DNA of 63,687 bases, the filler included, from Rhabdomonas costata (Eukaryota), in the NCBI GenBank assembly GCA_019059605.1. It is 51 parts of 51 records of this genome, joined end to end, with 100 filler letters (N's around TTAATTAATTAA, not from the genome) between each part and the next. Parts side by side here need not be neighbours in the genome. Positions count along the whole stretch, not along the records: positions 13,761 to 14,907 come from JAHMHO010026106.1; positions 15,008 to 16,158 come from JAHMHO010026107.1; positions 16,259 to 17,409 come from JAHMHO010026108.1; positions 17,510 to 18,660 come from JAHMHO010026109.1; positions 18,761 to 19,911 come from JAHMHO010026110.1; positions 20,012 to 21,162 come from JAHMHO010026111.1; positions 21,263 to 22,412 come from JAHMHO010026112.1; positions 22,513 to 23,663 come from JAHMHO010026113.1; 43 more parts are not named here. The stretch is one strand, 5' to 3'. The translations under genes and the position numbers were made by a program. Below, piece by piece: positions 13,935 to 26,610 of this stretch. Within the stretch, counting starts at the first letter, position 1, and every line of letters begins with the position of its first letter. The notes under the pieces are model-generated. The model had not been told where the DNA came from and did not search any database. It saw only the letters and a list, made by a program, of their open reading frames with translations.

Positions 13935-14842
13935 CTTGCAGTCGCGGAAGGGCAGCGGCGCAAACTTAGCGTCGTGAAGGCGGTAGTCCCCAGGCACGAT
14001 GTCGTTGAGGCACTGGTGGATGATCCGCGCGGAGTTGCGCATCTCCTGGATGCGGATGAGGTACCGGTCGAAGGTATCCCCTGCGGTGAGGAGACCGCAC
14101 GTCGTTGTGGTGGAGAGAAGGGGGGCAAAAAGAGAAAGAGGGGGTAAGTGCAAGTGGCGCGTAGTTTCAAAAGTGAAAAATTCGCTCGCCCATCAAAAAA
14201 CTCCACGATTTCGGACGCATAAAGCGAAAAAAAAAAAAACGGTCTAAAAACCGCTTTTTCGCTTCCTAATAGCTGAAAAGGGAGCCCCGTGTTCTCACTT
14301 TTGACGCCTGACGCGGAGCATATTTCGTTGGCCAACGGTTGCATCAGGGGATGAATGTGAAGGGGCGCACTTTTTTAGAACGGCAAGTTCTCCTGGACCA
14401 GTAGCGGAAATTGATTAAAGGACTACGGCTCCACAAAAAAGTTGCTTGTTATAACAAGTGACCTGATGTGACGTGGAACAGCCCTTCTTCTTCCACCGAC
14501 ACCACTGCCCCTGCACCACACACCGTTGGTCCCATAGGGCACTTCCACATCGAGGTAGGGGTACACCTCGTACGGCGCGGTGACGCGCAAATCCCATGCC
14601 ACTCCACAGGCCCGCAGCATGGGTCCGGAGAACCCATAGCTGAGGGCCTGGTCATGGTTGACATAGCCCACGGTCAGACGCTGGCGGATGATGTTGTTGC
14701 CCGTCAGCAGGTCCTCAATCTCGTCCATTCGGGCAGCAAACTGGTTCAGCCACTCCCATAGCTGGTCCAGCATGGGGTAGGGCAGGTCAGAGGCCACCCC
14801 ACCAGGGCGAATAAAGTTGGGGTGCATCCGACTACCGCAGAT
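13935..14842 (-). CDS. NDUFS2: Complex I 49 kDa subunit (nad7/NDUFS2), nuclear, partial (exons 14842-14524, 14080-13935)
   Basis: GSRMHPNFIRPGGVASDLP, GFSGPMLRACGVAWDLR..PY, G|DTFDRYLIRIQEMRNS are NuoD/Nad7 motifs; GT-AG intron 14523-14081; next donor AAG|gcacga. Confidence 0.96.
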
Positions 14843-16313
14843 CTGTCGAGCCAAACAATAAACAGCGAAATGTCTCAAATGGAAAACCACAATATCCACA
14901 AACAATGNNNNNNNNNNNNNNNNNNNNNNNNNNNNNNNNNNNNNNNNNNNNTTAATTAATTAANNNNNNNNNNNNNNNNNNNNNNNNNNNNNNNNNNNNN
15001 NNNNNNNGCTTTTTATGTGTCCCATCCTCGTCGTCATAGAATCTGTTGTTTTCTGCCAGCCCAGTATTCCTTTCATTCACTGCGAGAGCTGTCAACACTC
15101 CCCCCCCCCCGTAAATCGCCGATACAAAAGGAATACTGGGCTGGCAGAAAACAACAGATTCTATGACGACGAGGATGGGACACATAAAAAGCCCAACTCA
15201 ACCCAAAGTAAAGCACGGGTACGCAGAGACACAAAGACACAGGCACGCACAAACAATAGTCCTGTTCTTAGTGTGAGGCTCGCAGTTTCTTCTTTTTTGT
15301 GTTTTATTTTCTGCCGCCACGGTGCTCTTGTGCTTTGTGCCGCTTTGGACGCGGGACAATTGCTGCCCTCCCTTGACAAAATTAGGCACGTAGGATCGAA
15401 TACGTCCATGCTGAGATGCGCACAAATCAAAACTCCGTCGTGACCAAAACTCAGGCCAAGTCTTGAGCTTCTGAATGCCGCTCAAGGTTTCTCCCACTTG
15501 GGCCGGAACCAAATGCGTGGGAGCTCCAGGACGCTGCACAGCCAAACCAAACAATGACAATCACCGCTTTAAGCCTTAAGCTCTCCCGTGCAACTCAAGG
15601 GCAGGATGACACTTGGAGTTCGGCAAGCACCAAGGGGGAAAGGGGGACGAAACACCGGCTGGAAAAGAATGGTCAGCTTGCTGGGAGCCTCGCCATCGGG
15701 GGAGTGATGGTCTGAGGCGTAAGCGGAGCACGACGAGGCCGTCGAGAACTCGCTGCTTGCTGGTGAGGGCGGAGAGAAAGAGCACATCTGTTCCGCGGAG
15801 TTCCCCATCATCCCCTTTAGAGTAACGGTGCCACCGTTAGGGTGTCATGGTTTTTAACCACCAATCCATATGAGCAATGAATCCAAGACCATATGAGCAA
15901 CCATAGGGTCTTTTGTATCAACAGCAGACCTCGCGAAAAGCTGTGTTCACAAAAAAAAAAGGTGAAAAGAGCTGTCTTTTGTTCTTGTGAGGGAGGGGCC
16001 TTCATGAAAGAATCAAGACGGAGCGTTCTGCCACTGTTTTGGAATATGTTGCTATAACCATCACAGCGAGCAAGACGGCACTGCGGCAGCAGGGGTTGTT
16101 AACAAAGTGCCGGGAGTTTCAGCAGTTATACCCCTCAAATGGAAACCACCCAACCCCCNNNNNNNNNNNNNNNNNNNNNNNNNNNNNNNNNNNNNNNNNN
16201 NNTTAATTAATTAANNNNNNNNNNNNNNNNNNNNNNNNNNNNNNNNNNNNNNNNNNNNTGTTTGTGGTAATACGTACTCTGTGTGTGCATGTAGGAATGT
16301 GCTGTGCTTGTAG

Positions 16314-16555
16314 GGAGCTACTGCAAGGTATATGACTGCCCCATCGCCAGCAGGCCGAAGTTTCCCCCGAACACAGTGGTGCCCTTCCCGACCTTTGTGC
16401 CGCGCGAGGACGAGGACCTGTCTCAGATGAGCTTCGAGCAGTGCCAGCAGAGGGCTCCCCCGAAATTCAAGTACTTCCGGGACGCCGCGTTTGTGCACAA
16501 GCAAGAGGAGGACGCGCAGAAGGCCGCTGTGCGTGCCGCCACAAAGCGGCAGTGA
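16314..16555 (+). CDS. Terminal exon of unknown protein
   Basis: High-GC3 frame SYCKVYDCPIASRPKFPPNTVVPFPTFVPR...TKRQ* following ttgtag|. Confidence 0.6.
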
Positions 16556-18959
16556 GACGGCACGGGCGCTCTACCATTTTTCGGTGAGGAAAGTGACGCT
16601 CCATGGGCTGTCTCTCTCACCGCGTGGGGCGGCATGTGGACGCAGAACGGCTTGTGTACCGGCTGGCCCATCGTCGTCGGTTTCTTTCACTCTTTTGTCA
16701 GGACAGTTCTGTGAATTTTCGCTTGTTGAGAAAATGCCTGGCTCACCCGTTGTCGGGAACTCCTGGGATCTTCGCGTGCTCTCTAAGAAGGCGTGGTTTT
16801 CGGTCAAAGTCTTGGGAAATTCAGTAGTTGACCCACAACAACCATGATGGCGCCCGGTGTGGCATTTTCAGTCAGGATTTTACTGCAACCGCAGTTGCTC
16901 AAATTCCAAGCATCCTTGGCTGCAGTCAGCCGCGGTCGGGCCTCTTGTATTGGGGGGGGGGTGGCAGTGCTAAACGGTCACAAATTTCCAAACCCCGCTC
17001 AAATCAAATGTGTATGCCTAGGGGTTAGAAATATTAAGAACCTAATTCCGTTTGCTTAAATTTATGTATTTAGAGGTTGACCAAGTTCACGTAACTCCCG
17101 GAATAACATCCCAAAAATATGCCTGATTCGGACTTTTAGCACCGCTAAACGTTTAGCGATGCTCAACGGAGCATCGCCCACCCCATTGTACGTCCCAAGC
17201 TATACGGTCCAGTGACGGGCGCTTCACCCCGTATTCTGCTTCCTTTCCGTCCGAAAAGAGACAGACCCCAAACCACGAAAGTTCATCTTTTCCCCTTGCT
17301 TCCTTGCAGGCATCCTTCGAAATGCCAGATAATTTGGAAAAATAGGCCAAATCCCTAAGGAAATTTACTTTCCAAACCTGTCGCCTCGAAGGGCCATCCA
17401 GAACAACACNNNNNNNNNNNNNNNNNNNNNNNNNNNNNNNNNNNNNNNNNNNNTTAATTAATTAANNNNNNNNNNNNNNNNNNNNNNNNNNNNNNNNNNN
17501 NNNNNNNNNTTTGAGATTATTTACTACTACTACTGGGCTGAGGCTATTTTTAAAATTATGCACATTGTTGCAAATTGTACACTAGCAAATAACCTTGTGT
17601 CTTCTTGAAGTCAATATGCAAGTGTCTATTTTCCACTAGTACTAATAAAATGTCTCCAGTTCAATGTCACTGCCTTATAGTCGTTCATTGTCATTGTGAT
17701 TGTCACCATCCAAAAACAAATAAGTCTGTGTGCCGTTAAAATGCCAATGTTCCAATACTTTACACTAATTACACACATGTACAAGGCAAGACGTCGCTAT
17801 ACAAGTCAATTGGGCGTAAAAGGCCACTTTTTAGCAGGGCTGGGATTTGTTATAAGTCTGTGAGGGGTCGTTTGAAAATATACCGCTGGGTTTGTGACAC
17901 ACAGCGAGGCATCATGTGCCAAGCTGTCTAGGTGGAAATATTACCAACCGTTTTTCAGAAAATTTCTTTAGACACACGTACAGCATTTAGCTAACTCATA
18001 CTGCTTCTGTGTCTTTGATATCTTCAGCTTTATTGAGTCAATGTTTTAGGCATTGATTTAGTAACGTTTGAAACATATAACAAACGTTTAATTCACATTT
18101 ATCTATGAATAGTACCACACACACTTCTCCGTTCCTCTGCTCTTTATGCCGCTGACAGTTGGAGGAACGACACACTTTGCTTTTCTTGATTCGGGAAACA
18201 GGCTACAAACTGTTTCCTCTGAATTCACAAATTTATATTAATGTCGCAATAGAAATATACTAACAGTTGCGCATTATGTTTGCTTTGCATGCCAACTTTG
18301 CATATCATGCTTTACTTGCGTGCAATTTAAACTCTTCTTCCCAAGCTGGACTATCCATTTCTTTGTGAATTAAATTAACTGTGTTACATGTTGAAATAAA
18401 GAAAGTTAAAATTAAAAAAAGTTAAAAGAAAGTTAAAGGAAAGTTAAAATAAGCTCACCCGTGCTGTTTCAAAGGCGTCTGGTGGTCACTATCACAATAC
18501 AGTAAATTGTTCAGAATGTGAACAAATACATCAAATCTTGCCGCTAATTAACGGCTTGTGAAGCCTAAGTCAAACCATATTGTGCTTAAAATCCATACGG
18601 CTGCTCCGGAAAATGTTTTTGGTTTCATACACGTACGCTATGCTGATGAAACCAAAACCCNNNNNNNNNNNNNNNNNNNNNNNNNNNNNNNNNNNNNNNN
18701 NNNNTTAATTAATTAANNNNNNNNNNNNNNNNNNNNNNNNNNNNNNNNNNNNNNNNNNNNTTTTTGTTTTCCTTTGTTCGCTTTATGCTCCCACGTTCTA
18801 CGTCCAGTTCTTTGTTCGTTTCTAGATCGTGTTGCCCTAGTTAATGGCTCCGAAAAAAGCTTTCAGGACACCTTGGAACAGCGCACGTTGTCCAGTTTTT
18901 CTGGCGCTTCCGCTCAATAATTGGCTTTCAAATGGAAAAAGCAATGATTGGGAAGGAAA

Positions 18960-19090
18960 ATGGTAAGAATAAAAAAGCAGGAAGGCACAGCACAGTTGAA
19001 AGGAGATCTGCCAACGAGAGTATATGAGAAGAGATAATGCGCACATAAGATTTAAGAAGAGAGGCGCTCAAGTAGATGGGAAGTCTTGAT
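18960..19090 (-). mobile_element. Decayed repeat copy, possible DIRS/Ngaro RNase H end; homologous to ~52995-53095
   Basis: LPIYLSASLLKSYVRIISSHILSLADLLS aligns without gaps to FPVYLSSYLFISRVRFISSHLCLLADFLS on another contig. Confidence 0.45.
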
Positions 19091-20062
19091 GCAAGACAAT
19101 GGCTAAACAAAAGGCCAAGCTAAACAGGATCATTGGTGGGAAAGGCGAAAGTCTGGGAAGAGGCAAGACCTCCAGGACAACACCTCCCAGCAGAACCATC
19201 GAAATCAAAGGCCCTTTGAAACGAGCATCAAGCAGAATTCACAGCAAAAAAGTACACCTAACCACACGTTTGCCCAAGACCCGTCTCATCTAAATATCCC
19301 AAAGCTAGAGCAAGCAAGAGCGGAGCCCAAGATCCCAACGCCACACACACCCAAGCCAGTAACCAAAGATATAGCCCACGCCGCGGCGACAGACCGAAGC
19401 GCTCAGGAAACAGGAAATACAGGAAACCAGGAATGAATCAGTATAAAATCAGCCTCGTTCTGGGTGCTTTTACCCATGTAAACCGCGGCAGCGCACACGT
19501 GGTGAAAGCTAAGTCTGATAAAGACTGTCAGGAGCGGATCCCATAGCCACTACCACAATGGGAACGTTCAATGTGCAAGAAAAAAGCGCCAACAAAAACG
19601 CTAAACAATTTGATATACATTCCATCATTCACGCAGCTCTTTTTGTTTAGTTTTAAAGTTCACTTAAATAATGTGACGGATTAGGATCTCGGAGTGTGAG
19701 AGGCACACGCCTTAGAGGATATTTGGGAAGATTGAGGAAAAGGATTCACAGTAGAGTATACAATTTGGGTTCAGGACAAAGTTAATCCACACAAACCTAT
19801 GTAGAACGCACAAAAGTATAAAATAAAACCCAATTTGTATACTCTACTGTGAATCCTTTTCCTCAATCTTCCCAAATATCCTCTAAGGCGTGTGCCTCTC
19901 ACACCCCAAAANNNNNNNNNNNNNNNNNNNNNNNNNNNNNNNNNNNNNNNNNNNNTTAATTAATTAANNNNNNNNNNNNNNNNNNNNNNNNNNNNNNNNN
20001 NNNNNNNNNNNGGGGCGTCCCGCCGCTCGCGGTGAGGTGTCCCCCCGCGACGCACTGCACGC

Positions 20063-20860
20063 CTCCAGATTCCTCCGGCTGCGGGACCGCGCCAGCGCCA
20101 CAGGGACGTCATTGTCGCAGCGGGAGCAAGCCGCGGTTCCCCCACAGCGGTTGCACCGCAGCTCCTGCGCGGCCTTGGGGAACTCCCGGTACCGGACCAC
20201 CTGCCCACCGCCCATCCCAGCGGAACGGCCAGTGACAAAGAAAGGAGACTGTGCTCGCCCGAGAGGCGTGCGATGGCTAACGACGATCGGCTGTTACCGG
20301 TGGAGTGTTTCGACTATTCCTCTTTGGAACACACGCAGGTGGGTGGAGTTGATCCCAGCCCCATCCTCGACGAAGTGCAAATTATGTCTCAAGTAAGGGT
20401 AAAGGTAAGCGCCATGAAGGAGGATGAGGGGGGAGGAGATGGGAAGGGATGCTTCTGCATAATATGTAAGATGTGCACAATCTAAAGCCAGCTCTGAGCG
20501 GGAAGCGTCCTTTTTGAATGACCTGGGGTCGATACGCGTCAGCCCGTTTCACAGGTGCTGCAAAGTGCATTTCATTCACGTCCAAAAAGCAATGGAGAGG
20601 AATTTTTGGATCACCGGAAACCGAAGTCGGTTCGAATCCATATCATGGACACACACACGCACCGGGAAGCAGACGGCGAACAGCTCCTGGGGCTCCGCAA
20701 TGCCCTTGAAGGAGAAGCTCCCGGCACTGCTCACGACATAGTCCACCTGGCCGCCGTCGGGAAGGTGGTCAAGCACCGCGGCGCTGACCAGGACTTGGCC
20801 CCCGAGAGCCTTGGACTGCACCCGGGCGGCGAGGTTGTTGGTAGGCCCGAAGTAGTCCGC
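20063..20860 (-). CDS. Class III adenylate cyclase (euglenozoan receptor-type), partial (exons 20860-20663, 20200-~20063)
   Basis: DYFGPTNNLAARVQSKALGGQVLVS and FSFKGI..P.E motifs including catalytic NxxxR; next exon VVRYREFP followed by CxxC-x5-CxxC. Confidence 0.9.
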
Positions 20861-21502
20861 CTGGGCAAGAGAATCACGGCAAAGCGACAGAAACGGCGCT
20901 GGTGCGCAGGGCAGTGTGAATGGAGCACAGCTGCAGTGCAGTGCAGTGCAGTGCAGGGAAAGAGACACGTAACTCCACTTGGCAAACCAGCTTCACGGGA
21001 CGCTTGAAAATTCTGGACTACTATGCGTCACAAACAATCACAACACACCAATGCACAGTACAATACACCGTCAACTCAAAACACGGAATTCCTTGTAGAA
21101 CGAATTATGGTATGGTAAAAAAACCACCCTTGTGAGCAACAGAGGCCACACAACCTTAATGTNNNNNNNNNNNNNNNNNNNNNNNNNNNNNNNNNNNNNN
21201 NNNNNNTTAATTAATTAANNNNNNNNNNNNNNNNNNNNNNNNNNNNNNNNNNNNNNNNNNNNTCTACACGCTACTACGGAGTTAATGTTGTGGGGGGGAA
21301 TATCATAATTCTGGATGTTCTCGAAATACTAGTCATTGTGTTGATCATGACTAGTTTTTGGTCGTGGTAAAAGTTGAAGAATGGTCGCGTAGGGAATGTC
21401 GGCGCTGGATTCTTTGACAAACACGAAAATAATGTAAGTGGAAGACATCAAGCCCAACACGAAAAACCTACGCTTATTCAAGCAATTATTCAACAACACC
21501 TT

Positions 21503-22207
21503 CTACTCCGTAAAGCCGAAGGGCTGAGGGAGGGGGCGCATCTGGGAGGCAGAGATCTGATTCGCGGAACGAATCCCCAGGCAGCTGGTAGAGGGCAGCG
21601 CGTCTGCCAGCTGGAGAAGCACCGGAACTGCGTCATCGGTTAGCCCGCAGTCCCAAAGCTGCAGCTTACGGACCTTAGCCGCCGCATCCCCGAGTTTGTC
21701 TCGCAAAAGCGCCAGCCCGGAGTTACCCAGGCAGGGACTTTCGCGAACCTCTAAGTCACAGGTCAAGATGCTCGGCCGGCAGAGTAGCTGCAAAAAATCA
21801 GGCACATCGTCCGTGTCCATCGGACCCAAGGAAATACTCAAATCCTTAGGAGTAGACGACTGCCCCAGCCCCAGCAAGTGATGGCAAAGGTGGGGGACGT
21901 CGCCCACACACAGCTGCAAGGTCCGAAGCTGAGGAAGGGAAGCAAGGCGACTCACATGGGACAGCGACTCTGCGGAGATCTTGCCGCGGTGGTCGAAGAA
22001 GCGCAGCGAGAGCTGCCGCAGGTGAGGGGCCTGGGAGCAGCGCTTCAATAGCTCGGCGACAAGCTGAGTGTCGGCGGTGTCAAAGTGAAGCTCCAGGGAC
22101 TGCAGCCTTGGAATGCACTGCAGTAAAGGATGCAGTGCGGAGAGAGGGACTTCTGCGCAGGACTCGAAGACGAGACTCACCGATCTCAGATTGGGAGCTT
22201 CCAGTAC
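21503..22207 (-). CDS. RNI-like leucine-rich repeat protein, terminal exon
   Basis: Repeated LxxLxL (PNLRSVSL, PRLQSLEL, PHLRQLSL, PQLRTLQL, KLQLWDCGLTDD); tag| acceptor at 22210-22208. Confidence 0.75.
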   Translation of the reverse strand, partial: VLEAPNLRSVSLVFESCAEVPLSALHPLLQCIPRLQSLELHFDTADTQLVAELLKRCSQAPHLRQLSLRFFDHRGKISAESLSHVSRLASLPQLRTLQLCVGDVPHLCHHLLGLGQSSTPKDLSISLGPMDTDDVPDFLQLLCRPSILTCDLEVRESPCLGNSGLALLRDKLGDAAAKVRKLQLWDCGLTDDAVPVLLQLADALPSTSCLGIRSANQISASQMRPLPQPFGFTE

Positions 22208-23816
22208 CTACGAAAGACAAAGGCAGCGGAAGGATCCTAACCCAATCTTGGTTTCACTTGCTGCAAATAACTGACAAATCCAACACGAGTAACGTGAAAT
22301 CGTTGACGTCGATCAATCAACTCACATGGATGCGAATAAATACAGATTAGCTTAGAAGACACTCTCCTTGGAATGTGGGCAAAAAAAAGGGCAGAAAGGG
22401 TAGTTCATTTCANNNNNNNNNNNNNNNNNNNNNNNNNNNNNNNNNNNNNNNNNNNNTTAATTAATTAANNNNNNNNNNNNNNNNNNNNNNNNNNNNNNNN
22501 NNNNNNNNNNNNGTGGGGGGGTGGAAACCGGGGCAACCTACTAATGCGTTTCTGCTTCCAACGTCTTAACCCGAAGGCGCAACTGCTCACTTTCCTTTAT
22601 TGATTTAGCTTTAGCAACATTGCGGGGCCCGGAACCCCGATTGGGCCCCAAACCTCCCACGGTTTTTTTACCGTTCTGTTCACGATGCCTTTGCTTCCTT
22701 TGGGTCAAAATATCATCGATTATTTTTGGGCCTCTATGCTTCCCCCTTCGTTCTTCCTTACATGGGAATACGCCCATGGGTTCGGGCGCTTTGCCCTCAT
22801 ATTTCTTGGGGGTGGGTGGGTGCTACCACTGCCTGATGCCATCACATCAAGGCCCAAATCAGCCTTTACTTAGGCCCGGTGATACTATACAGACTACCTA
22901 AACTAGGTTCAACGTGGGCTTGCGCGTCTACTACTCAGATACATTAGCGTGTGGGTCACCCAGGGACCCAAATGCACCCTACCGTGGTGAGTGGTGGCCT
23001 CATCCTGCGTGCGTTGCCAAGGGTGCCTGATGGACCAGTTGAGTCCAGCGCCTTCAATTATCTTCGGAATGTTCTAAGCATGTTGCTGGTACTGGGGCCT
23101 GAACTGCTGTCTGTGATCTCGAATGGCACTTGAGAGCGTGGCGTTGCCATGACATAAGAGACACGAAACAATGGAAACACAACCAAACACGAACAGAGAT
23201 ACACGCACCTGTCGCCCACTCCACACCTTAACGCCATACGGACAGCATACCAAGGAATGGTATGTCCTACCGGTACACCAGCAGCCGTCTTCACCACCAC
23301 CGGCGTAACCACCATGATATCAGCCAGCACGGGACCATGAGCACAAGACATGAACCACAAGCGGTTACAACCCACACCGTTATATTCCAACCAACATGAC
23401 CACACCAAAATGATGACAGCACAAACACTTCCACCATACCCAGAGGTCCACAACAATCGTAATTCCACCACCAGAGCCCGTACAAGCAGAAGCCCAACCA
23501 TGGGAGTGAGCACACAACATGAGCAACGATCGATCGATCGCAATGTACACCGTTACCCCACAGCCTACTTCCCACTCTACCATCTACCCACACGACCACC
23601 GAAGACTTGGATGCCCACTGGAGCGTGCAAAGCCGGATATCAAGGAACCTTACCACAAGCACCNNNNNNNNNNNNNNNNNNNNNNNNNNNNNNNNNNNNN
23701 NNNNNNNTTAATTAATTAANNNNNNNNNNNNNNNNNNNNNNNNNNNNNNNNNNNNNNNNNNNNGGTTGTTGGGACATAGGCAGCACACAGGCATTGCTCG
23801 GCATCTCTTCTCTTCT

Positions 23817-24892
23817 CTGGCCCGGCTGTACCTCGTCAATGACCTGCTGCACAACTGCACCTGTTCAGCGGTACCGAGCGGCCAGAGAAGAGAAGAGATG
23901 CCGAGCAATGCCTGTGTGCTGCCTATGTCCGAACAAGCAGGCGCAATCTCTAACAGTGGGGCGAGGCCACCATGAAATTTTCTCCGCTCTCTCCTCCGTT
24001 CTTGGAGATGCACTATGTAATGAGAAGGTTCGCTTCTTTGACTTAAGGATAGGTGTGTTTGATTGTCCGCTTTTGTATGTACTTGTGCGATGAAAAGACG
24101 GAAAAGGAAACACTCGCACACATAGACGAGAAAAAACTGATCTCTCATTCGAACGCGCGCCAACCTGGCGTTCACCGAAGCCAGGGGCCTGAGTAGGGCG
24201 ATGGAAACAGAGACCCTCCCCTCACCACTGCACAGGCTAAAGGTGCTTCGATGTTCCGGTGGTACCTGGAGTCAAAGCTGCCCGCGATCTTCCAGTCCTG
24301 CCACCAAACCCTCCGCTCGCAAGGCGTGGCCTTTTTTTTTTCGCGCAGTTCAAGTTCAGCAGCAATCGGCGATGGAGGGTGCTGGGCTTATTGCTCACAT
24401 TGGAGTATTCCGTTCAGTGTGAGAATGAACCAGGTTCGATTTCATTCTGGCGACGACATGTGATGTTCCCGGGCTCAGGCGTTTTGGATGATACGTGAAT
24501 AGGATCTGCGCTTCAGATTGACATTTGATGGGGAAGGAGGAGATAGTTCCTCCCTCCAAGCAAGGTCTCGTGGAGGTACTGATGTGGCTGTGCTTCGCAC
24601 GCTTGGGGTCAAAAATTCATGATAGGGAGCAACCAACTGCATGCATATTTTCATGTGGGTGCGTTCTCTGGTAGTTTACGACTATTTTGAAACATGTGCC
24701 CTGCCAATAGCACCAACTTATCGTGGTATATTGTTCTGCTTCTGCATTTGTTCTTCTGGCTTGGGACCAGGGCGGCTCTCGGGGCAGCGCTTCCAGGAGC
24801 AAGTCCTGGCCGTGGTGAGCGTTTGGCTAGGGTGGTCGGTGTACTCCCCAGACTTCCTGTCTGGGCTGAGGCGGACGCTGCTGCACGGCTAA
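23817..24892 (+). CDS. U2SURP: U2 snRNP-associated SURP protein (SR140) CID domain, 3' end (exons ~23817-23870, 24236-24323, 24771-24892)
   Basis: LARLYLVNDLLHN...ASMFRWYLESKLPAIF...G|RLSGQRFQEQVLAVVSVWLGWSVYSPDFLSGLRRTLL matches the SR140 CID pattern; second intron is GC-AG. Confidence 0.82.
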
Positions 24893-25189
24893 CTTCTCGC
24901 CACTAACCACCAACNNNNNNNNNNNNNNNNNNNNNNNNNNNNNNNNNNNNNNNNNNNNTTAATTAATTAANNNNNNNNNNNNNNNNNNNNNNNNNNNNNN
25001 NNNNNNNNNNNNNNGGTTGTGTGGAAAATTCATGACTCTAAGATGAAGTGGAAAGAGCACAGACGTCCTTTGTGTCGCCTGGTGACACAGCTCCCCTCTT
25101 TCCCCCTCTTTCGTTTATCGCTCCCCAGACTGCCTCTTCTGGCTATCCGTGAACTGTCAGGAAGCAAACGGTCAAACCTTGCTTCTGCT

Positions 25190-25430
25190 GATCCTTGGAA
25201 GGCCACACCGTCAGCAAGCTGACCAGCTCCCTTACAGGCTGAGCTGCGGAGCTCATGCCCTGTGCATTGGAAGACACAGGTACATAGAATGGCATCACCA
25301 GCATTGCCCAACTATGTACACAACACCCCTTGGGAAAAGGTCACTCAGCTCAAGAGCAACGGTGCGTATCGATGTGGAACACCCCATTGGCATAGCATTC
25401 GCTTATCCATTTCACACATTTTGCTGCAGA
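25190..25430 (+). mobile_element. Possible decayed non-LTR retrotransposon post-RT Cys/His region
   Basis: RQQADQLPYRLSCGAHALCIGRHRY...CP...DVEH resembles the 'RLxxGHxxL...R...C...EH' pattern; no RT core visible. Confidence 0.3.
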
Positions 25431-26610
25431 GATTACAAAACTGGATACAACGGGAGCTCACAACAACAATATCCAAAAGTCTATTGAACCGAGCAGCCAA
25501 GACCAGATTGAAAGGAAAAAGTGGACGCAGCGATGCCCTCCCCCCAAGGGTTAAGTGTACGAGTGTTGTGCCTAGAAGACGGTCCTACACGTACCTGTCC
25601 CATGCGGCAAATATCATGCTCACGGTCCAAAAGAAAAGGGACAAACGTGCAGGGGGAGGGAGGGAGGGAGAGAATGACGGAGGCTGCAAACCTGAAGCAC
25701 CTCTCCGACTTGGGCACATCTGGAGATGGTGCCCCGGATGGAGGGGGCGTTGAATGGAGTGAAGGTGGCAGTGTAGTCCACGGGGGGTGCATCGGCAAGC
25801 AAAAGCATGGGCTGCCCTCCAGGATCCCCGGAAGAACTGAGCAATCCCACCAAAGTGAAGAATGACGTCTCAGCGAGAGAAAAAGAGTCACAGCTGGAAC
25901 AGCCATGAGTTATCCTCTTGCATACGCAACACCCTCTCTCGCAGCGTCTCACAATGGCAGGGCGACCACACCTTTGTTTCGGTGCATCGTGCCATTAATT
26001 CCCCACCCTCCCGTGTGACGATAACTTACGCGTAATTCTTACAGATTCATGTATTCAGTCTTTTTCGGTCCACGGGATTGCAGCATGGCTTAAGCAACGG
26101 CCGCTGGCCTCCGCCCCTAAAATACTCCTGTTCTTCCTAAGTTCCCCCAAATAATAATAACCAACNNNNNNNNNNNNNNNNNNNNNNNNNNNNNNNNNNN
26201 NNNNNNNNNTTAATTAATTAANNNNNNNNNNNNNNNNNNNNNNNNNNNNNNNNNNNNNNNNNNNNGGTTGTGGTGGTTGTTGTGAAAATTAGGGACTGGC
26301 GTGGAATGGTTAGAAACAGGAAAGGGTGTGAGAACCAGGGTGGCAGAACGGAGAAGAGGAAAGAAAGAAAGAAAGAAAGAAAGAAGAAAGAAGTGCAGTG
26401 AAATTGTGGGGTAGGGTGGGCGCGACGTGAACACTGAGGATACGCGTCAAAAACATTAAGACCTGTGCTGGAGACCACTGAAAAACACTTCTGTGCTTTC
26501 GCCGCCGCTCTCGCAAATCGGAATGCTGCCGGAGCTGACAGCTGACGTTACAAAAATGCAAAAATGCAGCGCTGGATGAAGCGCCAAAGGAGTGTGGGGC
26601 GCCGACAGGC

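Noticed and set aside
17800-18240. Minus-strand frame interrupted only by TAA/TAG, suggesting stop-codon reassignment
   Set aside because: Stop density is about what AT-rich non-coding DNA gives, no protein is recognisable, and real genes here end in TAA, TAG and TGA
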